From IMG/VR virus record IMGVR_UViG_3300020440_000013: 64,000 nucleotides of DNA. The stretch is one strand, 5' to 3'. The notes under the pieces were generated by a model. It did not search any database. It saw only the letters and a program-made list of their open reading frames with translations, and had not been told where the DNA came from. Origin of the DNA: an uncultured virus (IMG/VR IMGVR_UViG_3300020440_000013). Taxonomy: Duplodnaviria; Heunggongvirae; Uroviricota; Caudoviricetes. Shown in pieces: positions 11,701 to 22,210 of the stretch. Within the stretch, counting starts at the first letter, position 1, and each line of letters begins with the position of its first letter. The position numbers were made by a program, and so were the translations under genes.

Positions 11701-14700
11701 TACCTAGCAGAAAATGGCGGTATTATACGTGCTACTAACGGTAACAATTCATATGGTAGATATGGTGCTATTGCAGACGGTATAGATGCAACAGAAACAC
11801 CAGCAACCGCTACTGTTAACGGAAGAAATCAAGAAGCAATAGTACAGTCAGTATTTGCTGGAGAATTTTCAGATAATATATTTGGTATTGAATATAGTAA
11901 TGCTGGGGAAAACTACACACAAGCAACAGCATCAATATTAGGTGCAGGTACAAATGCCGTTTTAGAATTTGATGATTTTAGAACAGGCGGACTTTTTGAA
12001 TCAAGAATTATTGATCCAGTTGACTCAGGTAGTTCAGGTGGAGCAAACTTTACAGTAACAAACGGCAACGCACAACAACCTGATGGAATTGATGATTCAT
12101 ATCAAATTAAATTACAATCAACAGACACAGGTACAGCAGATAGTTACACTGGTATGAAAATTATAATTACAGGTGGTGATGGTACAGGACAATACGGCAT
12201 TGTAAATAGTTATAATGTTGGAACTAGAACTCTTAGTGTAATAAAAGAAACTACAGGACTTCAAGGTTGGGATCATATTATTCCAGGTACTGCAACAGCA
12301 ACGCAGTCAACTAATACACAATACAGAATTGAACCAAGAATAACATGTTCTGCGCCAGGATTTACTTCTAGTGCAGGTGATATAGGTGCAGGTATTGATA
12401 CAATACACTCAGCGTACGGTGATACTACACAATCATTTACAGGTATTGCAGGACAGTTAGGTACAGGAGGTGTTATAGACTTTGACGGATTAACACCAAC
12501 AGCAGCAACATTTGACATACAGAAAATTGCAAAAAAATATACAGTTACTATAAACACAGCAGGGTTAGGTTATGCAGTAGGAGATACAATTACTATAGCT
12601 GGTAACTTGGTAGGTGGAGTAACACCAGCAAATGATATTACAATTACAGTACAAAGTACTACCGACGATAGTTCAAACAGTATTGTAACTTTTGGTTATG
12701 CTGGAGTTGCAAGAAGTGGTAGATATGTTGTTTTAGGAGCTGCAGGAGTTAGGTATAGTGAAGATACTAGTTTATGGAATACTGTAACATTGCCAGGTAC
12801 AACAGACTATGTACGTGTAAAAGCAGGTAATAATAGATTTGTTGCTATTAGAGAAAATCAAGGATCGTGTGCATATTCACTAGATGGTGTTACTTGGTCA
12901 TCAGCAGTTATGCCTGCAAACCTTAAATGGATTGATATAACATATGGCGGCGGACAATTTGTTGCTATTGCTGAAAATTCAAATACTGTGGCGTTAAGTT
13001 CAGATGGTATAAATTGGACATCACAAGCTATTCCAGATGACGGCGTTGGCGATAGTGCAGCAACACAATGGCAACGTATTGCATACGGCAAAGGAAAATA
13101 TGTAGTTGTTTCAGGTAGTGAAAGATGGACAGCAACATCAACAGATGGTGTTACTTGGTCTAGACATCAAAATGCATTAGGAACATCTTATGCATTTATT
13201 GATTTTGTAGCGTTATCATATGGTAGAAATAAATGGATTGCATTGGCAACCAACGGAACTAACACTTACAGTTTTGATGGTATAGTTTGGTATAACGGTG
13301 GAGACTTGCCGTTTGATGAAGACGGATCGTCAGCTTTACAATGGGAAGATTTATCCTACGGTGACGGAGTTTGGATAGGAGTTGCAACTTCAGGTGGAAC
13401 AGCAACTACAAGGGCTGCAAGTTCGCAAGACGGAATTAACTGGCAAGTAAGATCTACATTAGTACAAAAAACTTGGAAAACAATAGTGTTTGGAGACTTT
13501 AATAATACTCCAATATGGTTAGCTTTAGGTGCTAATGATAATTTAGCATGTTCTAAAATAGTTACTGGAGCAACAGCATTACTTAGAGCAGATGTTGCAT
13601 CAAACGGAATATTTAATTTTATAAAAATATGGGATCCAGGTAGCGGATATGATTCTAGTAACCCACCTACAGTAACTATTATAGATAATACATATACTTT
13701 AGAAGTATTTTTAGAAAATAGAATTGGTAATGGAGTAATTGGAGAACCAAGTTTTGTAAATCGAGGACTTGGGTATAAGACAAGTAGTACTCAAGTTTCT
13801 ATTACAGGTGACGGGTATGCTGATAGTTATACTAAAGGAGCAAATGTAACATTAGATGGAATATCAACAGTTCCAGGACCTGGTGCACAGCTTTACTTTA
13901 CTGGAATATTAGATCTAGGTACAGCTGATCCTACTGATTTAAAACGTTATGTTGTAAGTAAAATTACAGATTTAGGACAAGATGATAGTGGAACAGGTAC
14001 TAAGAAAGTTCGATTCCAAATATCTCCTCAGCTTAAAAATGGTGACAATCTTTTACATGCAACTTCAGTACAGATTAGAGAAAAGTATTCACAATGTAGA
14101 ATATCAGGACATGATTTCTTAGACATTGGAACAGGAAACTTTAGTGAAACAAACTATCCTACGTTATATTCAGGTGGAGCATATTTTGTAAGTGCTCCTG
14201 AAAACGAAGTTATTGAACAAAACGGCGGTCGTGTATTTTATACAAGTACAGATCAAAATGGTAACTTTAGAACAGGTGAACTTTTTGCTGTTGAGCAGGC
14301 AACAGGTATTGTAACAATTAGTGCTGATTTCTTTGACTTAGACGGTCTAAGTGAATTATCACTAGGTGGAGTTAGACTAGGTGGATCAGGTGCAGTAATT
14401 AAAGAATTTAGTACTGACCCATTCTTTAGTCAGGATAGTAATAACGTTGTACCAACGCAACGTGCTATAACAACTTTCCTTGCAAATAGACTTAGTGTTG
14501 GTGGTTCTGACTTAGAAACAAACTTTTTAACAGCAGGGCAAATACAATTAGGCGGTCCAAATAATATAATAAGCACAACAATAGGAACAGAAATACAAAT
14601 TCCGGTAATGGCAGTGTTTGATGGACCGGAATCGGGCATTAACGGAATATTAATAGGACAAATGCTAACAAACAGGAACCCCTTTGATGAGTCCATGCAA

Positions 14701-14703
14701 TAA
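8776..14703 (+). CDS. Giant adhesin/fibre protein: CBM5/12-like repeats, cupredoxin-like insert, beta-helix, Asp-box (BNR) repeats
   Basis: 1975 aa; repeats 'W...Y...D.V.Y.G..Y.C...H'; repeated 'S.DG..W' Asp-boxes; paralog of 14749..21858. Confidence 0.7.
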   Translation: MSEFNLNRFRYNWKGDWVTGTAYNRDDIVKVGGKTYVCLVTHTANASFNVDLTATLPGSNPSVPQPKWVVMTESTTYKGAWQSATEYFPADIVLKDGVLWKCTTYIGSSSNWAIDESSWEIYAGHIDFKGDWTNTTDYGQGALVRYNGIVYKCVTSHVSQTTLEDDLSKWAIFYEGRHFAGTWAISTNYRKNDFVLYGGSIWKCTQTHTSGIVSIDTTKFTIAFHGFENEGYWTNEKQYQTGDIVRYGGYTYIAVNVNKDSNPDAASGTSLDSTLDWQVLSYGYNFKGDYKSDRPYRAGDVVLRGGDLYLALIPIDREAQDDSSIDYLDTAIWEKLIPGQQWSKQDGHVFFDVEVRRNAANTANVYFIDGSERPQLSLQKGVTYTFDQSTDSNENYGGGTSHPLSFSSDDPDGDSGSGSAYTYMVHYYLNNNKVVKSDYISGFATAWRRKIEIMVNKNTSTTLFYYCTSHIGMGNSCDVSSDIQAESGSWIQANKYHVGDVVYFYGDAYSCNFEHTSNTDNFPGDNGSGYFYWDILIQGGIDAGLNTKGDLLTYGTPTTSSLKGDGSSQGLASVPIGVSEQLLSVNNNDEVFWREYLDSAFNVHVTQNGVDEIGRGLTADKPFKTVGYALEFVQENFTANTPVKVKIATGRYTEAGPMVIPAGCVVMGDELRATTIEAQPAIKEMLNDLPITQGYLDRLTSIVFDLINNNLISASNGHTEAQVRNLPAAGVGISTIIANLITDIKNYQDQALGSGVDSPTVTGTNTLTVDQGRLNAVAILRANVKYLKKELTSFVDANNSTYSYTASRMESDIEFFIKGFIYDLQYPGNYKTVLMARRYCNRHSGSTLDDMFWVRDVTGIRNCTLEGLSGGLNPPGVFDLYRKPTGGAFVALDPGWGPADDKTWIKTRSPYLQGVTNIGTGCVGKKIDGALHNGGNKSMVSNDFTQVLSDGVGAWVLNNARAELVSVFTYYCTVGYLAENGGIIRATNGNNSYGRYGAIADGIDATETPATATVNGRNQEAIVQSVFAGEFSDNIFGIEYSNAGENYTQATASILGAGTNAVLEFDDFRTGGLFESRIIDPVDSGSSGGANFTVTNGNAQQPDGIDDSYQIKLQSTDTGTADSYTGMKIIITGGDGTGQYGIVNSYNVGTRTLSVIKETTGLQGWDHIIPGTATATQSTNTQYRIEPRITCSAPGFTSSAGDIGAGIDTIHSAYGDTTQSFTGIAGQLGTGGVIDFDGLTPTAATFDIQKIAKKYTVTINTAGLGYAVGDTITIAGNLVGGVTPANDITITVQSTTDDSSNSIVTFGYAGVARSGRYVVLGAAGVRYSEDTSLWNTVTLPGTTDYVRVKAGNNRFVAIRENQGSCAYSLDGVTWSSAVMPANLKWIDITYGGGQFVAIAENSNTVALSSDGINWTSQAIPDDGVGDSAATQWQRIAYGKGKYVVVSGSERWTATSTDGVTWSRHQNALGTSYAFIDFVALSYGRNKWIALATNGTNTYSFDGIVWYNGGDLPFDEDGSSALQWEDLSYGDGVWIGVATSGGTATTRAASSQDGINWQVRSTLVQKTWKTIVFGDFNNTPIWLALGANDNLACSKIVTGATALLRADVASNGIFNFIKIWDPGSGYDSSNPPTVTIIDNTYTLEVFLENRIGNGVIGEPSFVNRGLGYKTSSTQVSITGDGYADSYTKGANVTLDGISTVPGPGAQLYFTGILDLGTADPTDLKRYVVSKITDLGQDDSGTGTKKVRFQISPQLKNGDNLLHATSVQIREKYSQCRISGHDFLDIGTGNFSETNYPTLYSGGAYFVSAPENEVIEQNGGRVFYTSTDQNGNFRTGELFAVEQATGIVTISADFFDLDGLSELSLGGVRLGGSGAVIKEFSTDPFFSQDSNNVVPTQRAITTFLANRLSVGGSDLETNFLTAGQIQLGGPNNIISTTIGTEIQIPVMAVFDGPESGINGILIGQMLTNRNPFDESMQ

Positions 14704-14722
14704 TGAGTAATACTTGGCAAAG

Positions 14723-14730
14723 GATAAATA
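14723..14730 (+). promoter_or_regulatory. Late promoter GATAAATA
   Basis: Octamer, then SD GGAG, then ATG at 14749. Confidence 0.7.
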
Positions 14731-14748
14731 TAGTAACGGAGAGTCTAA

Positions 14749-17700
14749 ATGGCAGAGTTTAAATTAGGAAGAATTAGATTTGTTTGGAAAAATACCTGGT
14801 CTACTTCTACCACTTATTATAAAGATGATGTAGTCTCGTTTGGAGGTCGAACTTATATTTGTGTAATTGGACACAATAGTTCAGCAGACTTCTTTACAGA
14901 TTTTAATATAAGTCCACCAAAGTGGAACTTAGTAAGTGACGGAACATCGTGGAAAGGTGAGTGGAGTACAGGCGTTTCGTACATTGAAAACGACATTGTA
15001 CAATACGGTGCAAGATTATATATCTGCCAAACTAATCATACATCCGTAAATGACTCTACACTAGGTTTAGAAAATGATATAAGTGCTTGGCAACTATATG
15101 CCGAAGGCTTAGATTACAAAGGTGCTTGGACGACAGCAACAAGATACATTGTAAATGATGTAGTTAAATATGGCGGTACAACGTATGTTTGTAACACTTA
15201 TCATACATCAGCTTCAACCGCGTCAAGCGGACTAGAATCAGATCAAGCAAAATGGGATTACTTTAATCAAGGTTTAGAATACAACGGTGATTGGACTGCT
15301 AACACAAGATACAAAGTAAATGACATTGTTAGATACGGCGCAGCTCTTTGGATTGTAACAACTCAACATACTTCGTCAACTAGTTTTGGATCAGACGAAT
15401 CTAATTGGACACAGTTTGTAAGAGGTATTCAGTTTGAAACAGAATGGGACGTACAGAAAAATTATCAGCCAGGCGATATTGTACGCTATGGCGGAAATCA
15501 ATTTATTGCAAAAACAAATCACAGCGGTCAAAACCCTGTAACTTCAACTACAAATTGGAGTGTTTATTCAGAAGGAATTAGATTCTTAGGCGAATGGGGA
15601 GAAGATAGTTCTAGCCAAGATTATAAAGTAGGTGAAGTTGTAAGACACGGAGCATATACATATATTTGTACAGCTACGCATAACGGACAAGAACCACCAA
15701 ATGCAAGTTATTGGAATAGATTAAACACTGGTTTAAAATGGCGTGGAATTTGGGCAGATGACAGACAATATATGTTAGGTGACGTTGTACGTTATCTTGA
15801 TAACAGTTATGTTTGTATACTTGGACATTTATCAGAAGGTGACGATGGTTCATCAGGTGTAGGCGCCGGCGCTGGTAATAGTAGACCAGATCAAGATACA
15901 ACAGGCACTTATTGGAATATTATTGCAGTTGGTAGTGAACAAAGTGTTCTTACTACAAAAGGTGACTTAGTTTATTATTCAGGAACAGCACCTACAAGAT
16001 TACCAGTAGGAGCAGAAGGACAAGTACTTAGAGTTGGAACATCAGATATTCCTGAATGGGCATATATGGGTGTTGCAGATGATGTTTATCATGTTGCTAC
16101 ACACGGAACAGATGCTCCTGCTCCAACACATGGGCGTACAATTGATAAACCTTGGGCTTCGATTAGATATGCATGTAAGCAAGTAGAAGAAGGATTAAAA
16201 AATCCTAATGCAAAGTCTTTACTAGAATTAAATAGGCCATTTATACAAAAAGAAATTCGTAACTGGGTTGACTATCAAATTACTAATACAATAACACCGT
16301 TTGCGGGATCTTATGTATACGACACATTAAAATGTGAAAGAGATATGGGCCTTATTGTTGATGCATTAATATGGGATATTACACACGGTGGAAATGTTAA
16401 ATCTAGAGAATCAGCAATTAAGTATGTAACAGAACCAGGAAGTTTTTATACCTTAGGTCAAAGTGAAGAAACTGTTGCCGCAATTAATTACGGCTTAACA
16501 GTTATATCAAGTGTACTTGCACAAACTGCACCGTCTGCAAATTATCAAACACTTAACGGCGATAATTCTACAGCAGTAGTAACACAATACTTTGATAGTA
16601 CGCTTATAGCAGAAACAGGCGTTTATACTGAGATTACAGGACTAGCAGGTATTATTACAGGTGCAATTACTGCAAATAGTACTGCAAATATTCCTGTAAG
16701 ACTTATTAGAAGTGTATTAATTAAAGTTGCAACAGGAAAATATTACGAAACATTACCAATTTTAGTTCCAGCAGAAACTTGTGTAATAGGTGACGAACTT
16801 AGGTCTACAAATGTTCAACCAAGAAAAGCAAGTAATTCATCTCTTACATCAAGATCAGATGCTGAATTTAGTTTTAAAGCATTAGAAAGAGTAGAATCAA
16901 TAATCGGTGATATTGTTTTAGGATCAACTGTTTCTAAAACTACAGGCAATACTAAAACACAATCACAATTATTTCCATTTGGTGAAGCACAACAATCAAA
17001 TGCTGCAAAACAATTAACAAGAATTATTAGAAGAAATGCTGATCATAAAGTTGGCGACAAAGTAGAAAGAACACTTGTTGCTACAGCATCAACACATGAT
17101 GTAAACTATGGGTATGCTAGAGATTTACTTCTAGCTAACAAAGAATTTATTAAAGCTGAAGTTACCGGTTATTTAACGACAAACTATTCAACTTTAAAAT
17201 ATAGTAAAACAAAATGTAAACAGGATGTAGGATATATTATTGACTCTTTAGTTTATGATTTATCATATCAAGGTACATGGCAAAGTATTACTGCTGGACT
17301 TGCATATTATGCAGGTACATCAGGTTCATTGCAAATTAACAGCACAGAAAAAGCTGCAACACTACAAGCATATGTGTTTATGCGTTCTTTATTACAAACT
17401 ATTGCACAGAATGTTACAGTTAATCCAACACAACAAAGTGCAATTACACAAATAAACGGAACAGCAGGAAATACTGCAGCAGCGGCACAAATTAACACTT
17501 TGATGACAATAGTTATTGATATTATTAATTTAGGTACAGCTAGTGCTCCATCAATTACATATCCAGACATAAGTGGCGTAGCATCGGCTTTAACAACTGC
17601 TTCAACAACGTTAAGTAGTAACTATACAACACTAAAAAGCGAGATGGTTGCTTTTATAAGTTACAACTTTCCAAATCTAACACATGACAGTGCCAAGTGT

Positions 17701-20700
17701 GAAAGAGACTTAGGTTACATTCTAGATGCAGCAAGATATGATTGGATGTTAGGAACTAATTTTGCCGGCATAGTAACTGCTTACAGTTATTTAAGAACTT
17801 CTGCTAATAAAGTTACAGGCCCGCAAAAAACTGCTACTCTAGCTGGTTTTGAGTTTGCTAGACAACGTGCTAGAACCAAAGTAGGCGGAAATAGTATAGC
17901 ACAAGCATATATTGATAGTACTTTTGAAATTGTTAATGATATAATTTTAGGTGGTAGTAATGAAGCTAACACAAGACAAATTGACGAATTTAATAATTAT
18001 AGTGCAATTAGACAACTTCAACTTAATGAAGACTTTATTGTCGACGAAGTACACGCATACATAACTAACTACTACAAATCAAATGTAACTAATATTACAG
18101 GTAGCTCAAATACACTAACAGTGTCAAGCACAGCCTGGATGAAACAAAATATGATGATTAAATTTGTTTCTCCAGATGATTCAACAAATACTGTTGTAGA
18201 TGCAGGGTTGGTTGAAAATCAAATTTATTATGTAAAAGATATTAAAAGCTCAACATCACTTACAATAAGCTCAACTATCGGCGGAGCAGAAGTAAGTTTA
18301 GTTGATTACGAATTTGACTTTGTAATTACTTTAGGTTACACTTATACTAGATCTGTTTGTAGCAGAGATATTAAAGAGTATTTGAAAGCAATACGATGGG
18401 ATTTAAAATATCCAGCAGACTTTAGTAGAGAATATAGAGATACTGTAAATAGTACTAATTTTAATTTTATAGTACCTGGAATTTATAAAACTGCACTAGC
18501 GGCAAGATATTATGGAAATGCAATAATTGGCTCTCAAGAAGAAGACTTTTATTACTTAAGAAATGGTACAGGTATAAGATTACAAACATTAGACGGATTA
18601 CAAGGCGACCTAGGTCCAGCAAATGCTTATGGAACAAGTCGACCATCAGCAGGTGCATATGCATCACTTGATCCGGGTTGGGGTCCAGATGACGAACGTG
18701 TTTGGATTACAGCAAGATCACCATATGTACAAAACTGTACAACATTTGGTACAGCGGCAACAGGCCAACGAATTGATGGAGCATTACACAACGGTGGTAA
18801 TGACTCAATTGTTAGTAACGACTTTACACAAGTTATATCCGATGGTATAGGCGCACACATTCTTAACAATGGTAGAGCAGAACTTGTGTCAGTGTTTACA
18901 TATTACTCACACGTAGGTTACCTTGCTGAGAGCGGAGGTAGAGTACGTGCTACTAATGGTAATAACTCATACGGTGACTTTGGATCAGTTGCAGAAGGCT
19001 TTGATACAAGTGAAACACAGATAACAGGTGTAGTTGATAATAGCAGTCAATATAGACCTACAATAAGTCTTGTACAAACAGACGGTGCAGCAGAGATTTT
19101 ACAAGTAGAATACTCACATGCTGGTAGTGAAGCAACTAGATCAGAAATAAACTTCTTTGGTCCAGGTACTAACGAATTAGCTAAAGCAGACGAATTTAGA
19201 GATGACGGAGTATTCCAAGTTAGATTACTTGACTTAGATGATTCAAGTGGTGACATTGGTGGTAGTGGTTATACTATTACTGCTAATACTGCACAGTCAG
19301 GAACAACGTCACAAATTATTTTAAGTGCAACAGATTCTGCAAGTTCATCAGATTATCCTGGTATGAAAGTTATTATTACAGGCGGAACAGGTGCAGGACA
19401 ATATGCTATAATTAATACATATAATTCAGGTACAAAGGTTGCTACAGTTAATAAACAATCAACAGGAACTTCGGGTTGGGAAACAGTTGTTCCAGGTAGA
19501 GAGATTGTAGCACCATCTAGTACATCAACATATCAAATTGAACCTGCAATATCATTTAATGCTCCAACTAATACAAGTCAAGCAGCAACACTTCAAGCAA
19601 GTGATACTTGGAGAAGGGTGCATTATGTAAGAAGTAGTGCAAACTACACAGGCGTTACAGGAACTACTTCTGGACACACAGGTACAGTTGCAAGTTTTGA
19701 TATTGATAGGGTTGATAGCAAATATTTTGTAACAATAGAAAACGGTGGAACTGACTATACAAGATTAGAAACTGTTGTAGTTCCAGGAACTAGTTTAGGT
19801 GGAGCAACACCTGCTAACGATTTAACACTTACAATTACTACAGTAAATGCTGTTACAGGCGCTATTGTAGATTTTGATTTTGCTGGTAACGGATTAGGCG
19901 GCAAATATTTATTATTAGGTGATGACACTATTGCAAACGAAAGTATTGATGGAGTTACATGGACAGCTAAAACAGTACCAACAACAGGAAGTGGCGGTAC
20001 TTGGAGAAATGTTGCAAATGGATTCTTAGATGACGGTAGTTCAAGTTTTGAGACTACAGCCGCAGTAGCAGTTACTAATGGGTCATTAAATTACATGTAC
20101 TCAACAAACGGTAATACATGGACAGGTGGAACGTTACCTAGTGGTATAGTTGGAACTGATACTAAAGATGTAGCGTACGGAGAAGTGATAACAGGTGTAA
20201 GTAGATTTGTAATTATTAATCCGCAAACTACAAACGTAATTACTTCAGATGACGGAGGAGCAAGTTGGATATTAAGGTCAGGTGCATTACCAAGCACAGG
20301 ACATGCACATATTACTTACGGCCAAGGACGTTTTGTTGCAGTAAAAGATAATGCATCAGCGGCTACAGATACATGCTGGAGTACAGATGGTGTTACTTGG
20401 ACTCAAGGTGCATCACTTCCAACAGGTAACTCCTATAAAGATTTAGCTTATGGTAATAACTTGTTTATTGCAATAAGTAGCACAAACAATAAAGCAGCAA
20501 TAAGTAGTGACGGTAAAACTTGGAGAGAAGTTGGTGTTCCAAGTATAGATGGATCGTCAACATCTAACTATACAAGTATTGCTTACGGACACGGTGTATT
20601 TGTTGCGGCAGCAGATAACAACGCTACTGTACAAGATTATAACAGTGTAGTTTATACCGAAGACGGTATACACTGGTATACACAAGGAGTAACAGTAGGT

Positions 20701-21858
20701 GGCAATATTCAAGGATTTGGCACAATAGCATTTGGTAATCCAAATAGAGTAGGTGGATTTGTTGCTATTGACAATGCAGGTTCTACAAATATAGCTACAC
20801 TTGCAAAAATTGGTGCAAGAGCAAGAGGTAGAGCAAACATTGCTAGTGAAAAGATATTTGAAATTAAAATGGAAGAACCAGGTTCGGGATACACAACACC
20901 GCCAACTATGACAGTTACAGATCCAAGTAATATTTACGATATTAACTTTACTGTAAGAACAGGTAAAGGTGTAAGTTCTCAACCAAGTTTTGAACATAGA
21001 GGCGCAGGCTTCCTTACTGCTACGGCAACAGTTGATGCAGTAGAGTATAATGGTGGTGCTGACTTCTTCCAAACAGGAAACTTTATTGCAGCAAGACGTT
21101 TAACTAAACGACCAGTTGCAGGGTCAAACGTAGTATTTGATAGTTTACCAAATAAAACATTTAAATTAGTTGATGTGATTACGTTCTTAGGTACCAACGA
21201 TGGATCATACACAGGATTTTTACAAATCAGTCCAAACATGACTGTTACAGATGCAGTCGTAGACGGTGATCCAATAACAATGCGTATACGTTACTCACAA
21301 GTACGTTTAACTGGACATGATTTCTTAGATATTGGTACAGGTAACTTTACTAAATCAAACTATCCTGGTGTTCCTACAGTAGCACCAGACCAAACTAAAG
21401 AAACACAAGAGTCAAACGGCGGAAGAGTGTTCTTTACTGCAACTGACCAAGATGGTAACTTTAGAGTTGGTAATTTGTTTAGTGTTGAACAAGCAACTGG
21501 TGTTGCGACATTGAATGCTGATGCATTTAATATTGCAGGTCTACAAGAACTTACACTAGGTGAAGTTACACTAGGTGGTAATTCAGCAAGTATTACTGAA
21601 TTTAGTACAGATCCGTTTTTTACAGCAAACTCGGATACTGTTGTACCAACACAAAGAGCTGTAAAAGCATATATTGAAGCACAAATTGGTGGAGGTGGTG
21701 CTTCACTAAATGTTAATAGTGTAACTGCTGGTGATATATTTGTTGGAAGTAATATTATTACCAACGTAACCAGCGGAGTGATAAATATAAACGCAAGAAT
21801 GAACTTTATAGGCGGAGTTACAGGCATACCAATTGCTTTTAACTACTTCCTAAGGTAA
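14749..21858 (+). CDS. Giant adhesin/fibre protein: CBM5/12-like repeats, KCERD helical repeats, Asp-box repeats
   Basis: 2369 aa; N-terminus and C-terminal 'GHDFLDIGTGNF...EQATG' region match the upstream paralog; extra repeated 'KC.RD.G.I.DA...D' units. Confidence 0.7.
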   Translation: MAEFKLGRIRFVWKNTWSTSTTYYKDDVVSFGGRTYICVIGHNSSADFFTDFNISPPKWNLVSDGTSWKGEWSTGVSYIENDIVQYGARLYICQTNHTSVNDSTLGLENDISAWQLYAEGLDYKGAWTTATRYIVNDVVKYGGTTYVCNTYHTSASTASSGLESDQAKWDYFNQGLEYNGDWTANTRYKVNDIVRYGAALWIVTTQHTSSTSFGSDESNWTQFVRGIQFETEWDVQKNYQPGDIVRYGGNQFIAKTNHSGQNPVTSTTNWSVYSEGIRFLGEWGEDSSSQDYKVGEVVRHGAYTYICTATHNGQEPPNASYWNRLNTGLKWRGIWADDRQYMLGDVVRYLDNSYVCILGHLSEGDDGSSGVGAGAGNSRPDQDTTGTYWNIIAVGSEQSVLTTKGDLVYYSGTAPTRLPVGAEGQVLRVGTSDIPEWAYMGVADDVYHVATHGTDAPAPTHGRTIDKPWASIRYACKQVEEGLKNPNAKSLLELNRPFIQKEIRNWVDYQITNTITPFAGSYVYDTLKCERDMGLIVDALIWDITHGGNVKSRESAIKYVTEPGSFYTLGQSEETVAAINYGLTVISSVLAQTAPSANYQTLNGDNSTAVVTQYFDSTLIAETGVYTEITGLAGIITGAITANSTANIPVRLIRSVLIKVATGKYYETLPILVPAETCVIGDELRSTNVQPRKASNSSLTSRSDAEFSFKALERVESIIGDIVLGSTVSKTTGNTKTQSQLFPFGEAQQSNAAKQLTRIIRRNADHKVGDKVERTLVATASTHDVNYGYARDLLLANKEFIKAEVTGYLTTNYSTLKYSKTKCKQDVGYIIDSLVYDLSYQGTWQSITAGLAYYAGTSGSLQINSTEKAATLQAYVFMRSLLQTIAQNVTVNPTQQSAITQINGTAGNTAAAAQINTLMTIVIDIINLGTASAPSITYPDISGVASALTTASTTLSSNYTTLKSEMVAFISYNFPNLTHDSAKCERDLGYILDAARYDWMLGTNFAGIVTAYSYLRTSANKVTGPQKTATLAGFEFARQRARTKVGGNSIAQAYIDSTFEIVNDIILGGSNEANTRQIDEFNNYSAIRQLQLNEDFIVDEVHAYITNYYKSNVTNITGSSNTLTVSSTAWMKQNMMIKFVSPDDSTNTVVDAGLVENQIYYVKDIKSSTSLTISSTIGGAEVSLVDYEFDFVITLGYTYTRSVCSRDIKEYLKAIRWDLKYPADFSREYRDTVNSTNFNFIVPGIYKTALAARYYGNAIIGSQEEDFYYLRNGTGIRLQTLDGLQGDLGPANAYGTSRPSAGAYASLDPGWGPDDERVWITARSPYVQNCTTFGTAATGQRIDGALHNGGNDSIVSNDFTQVISDGIGAHILNNGRAELVSVFTYYSHVGYLAESGGRVRATNGNNSYGDFGSVAEGFDTSETQITGVVDNSSQYRPTISLVQTDGAAEILQVEYSHAGSEATRSEINFFGPGTNELAKADEFRDDGVFQVRLLDLDDSSGDIGGSGYTITANTAQSGTTSQIILSATDSASSSDYPGMKVIITGGTGAGQYAIINTYNSGTKVATVNKQSTGTSGWETVVPGREIVAPSSTSTYQIEPAISFNAPTNTSQAATLQASDTWRRVHYVRSSANYTGVTGTTSGHTGTVASFDIDRVDSKYFVTIENGGTDYTRLETVVVPGTSLGGATPANDLTLTITTVNAVTGAIVDFDFAGNGLGGKYLLLGDDTIANESIDGVTWTAKTVPTTGSGGTWRNVANGFLDDGSSSFETTAAVAVTNGSLNYMYSTNGNTWTGGTLPSGIVGTDTKDVAYGEVITGVSRFVIINPQTTNVITSDDGGASWILRSGALPSTGHAHITYGQGRFVAVKDNASAATDTCWSTDGVTWTQGASLPTGNSYKDLAYGNNLFIAISSTNNKAAISSDGKTWREVGVPSIDGSSTSNYTSIAYGHGVFVAAADNNATVQDYNSVVYTEDGIHWYTQGVTVGGNIQGFGTIAFGNPNRVGGFVAIDNAGSTNIATLAKIGARARGRANIASEKIFEIKMEEPGSGYTTPPTMTVTDPSNIYDINFTVRTGKGVSSQPSFEHRGAGFLTATATVDAVEYNGGADFFQTGNFIAARRLTKRPVAGSNVVFDSLPNKTFKLVDVITFLGTNDGSYTGFLQISPNMTVTDAVVDGDPITMRIRYSQVRLTGHDFLDIGTGNFTKSNYPGVPTVAPDQTKETQESNGGRVFFTATDQDGNFRVGNLFSVEQATGVATLNADAFNIAGLQELTLGEVTLGGNSASITEFSTDPFFTANSDTVVPTQRAVKAYIEAQIGGGGASLNVNSVTAGDIFVGSNIITNVTSGVININARMNFIGGVTGIPIAFNYFLR
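21780..21787 (+). promoter_or_regulatory. Late promoter GATAAATA inside upstream gene end
   Basis: Exact octamer about 95 nt before ATG 21880. Confidence 0.45.
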
Positions 21859-21879
21859 AAATAAACGGAGAAAAAAGAA

Positions 21880-22200
21880 ATGGCAAATGGAGTATTAGGA
21901 ACAGCAGACCTAACAGCTACAACACTTACAACAGTGTATACAGTACCAGCAAATACTTTTGCAGTAGTAAGTGTAAATGTTTGTAACCGTAGTTCGGCAG
22001 ATGTAACAGTAAGAATTGCAACATCAGCAACAGCTACACCCACAAACGCTGAATATATAGAATACGATGTGACCTTAGTAGGTAACGGTGCAGTTGAAAG
22101 AACTGGCGTTGTGTTACAGACAGGACAAAACGTTGTTGTATACGGATCAACCGGAGATATTTCAGCACAAGTTTTTGGCTTAGAAACATCAACAGTTTAA
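21880..22200 (+). CDS. Small fibre-associated protein
   Basis: 106 aa, 'TVYTVPANT...VCNR...IEYD' beta-sandwich type; SD GGAG. Confidence 0.6.
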   Translation: MANGVLGTADLTATTLTTVYTVPANTFAVVSVNVCNRSSADVTVRIATSATATPTNAEYIEYDVTLVGNGAVERTGVVLQTGQNVVVYGSTGDISAQVFGLETSTV

Positions 22201-22210
22201 GGAAAATAAA

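Noticed and set aside
732..22043. Many minus-strand ORFs of 60-175 aa inside the giant genes
   Set aside because: Antisense shadows of biased codon usage; no SD, promoter or recognisable motifs.
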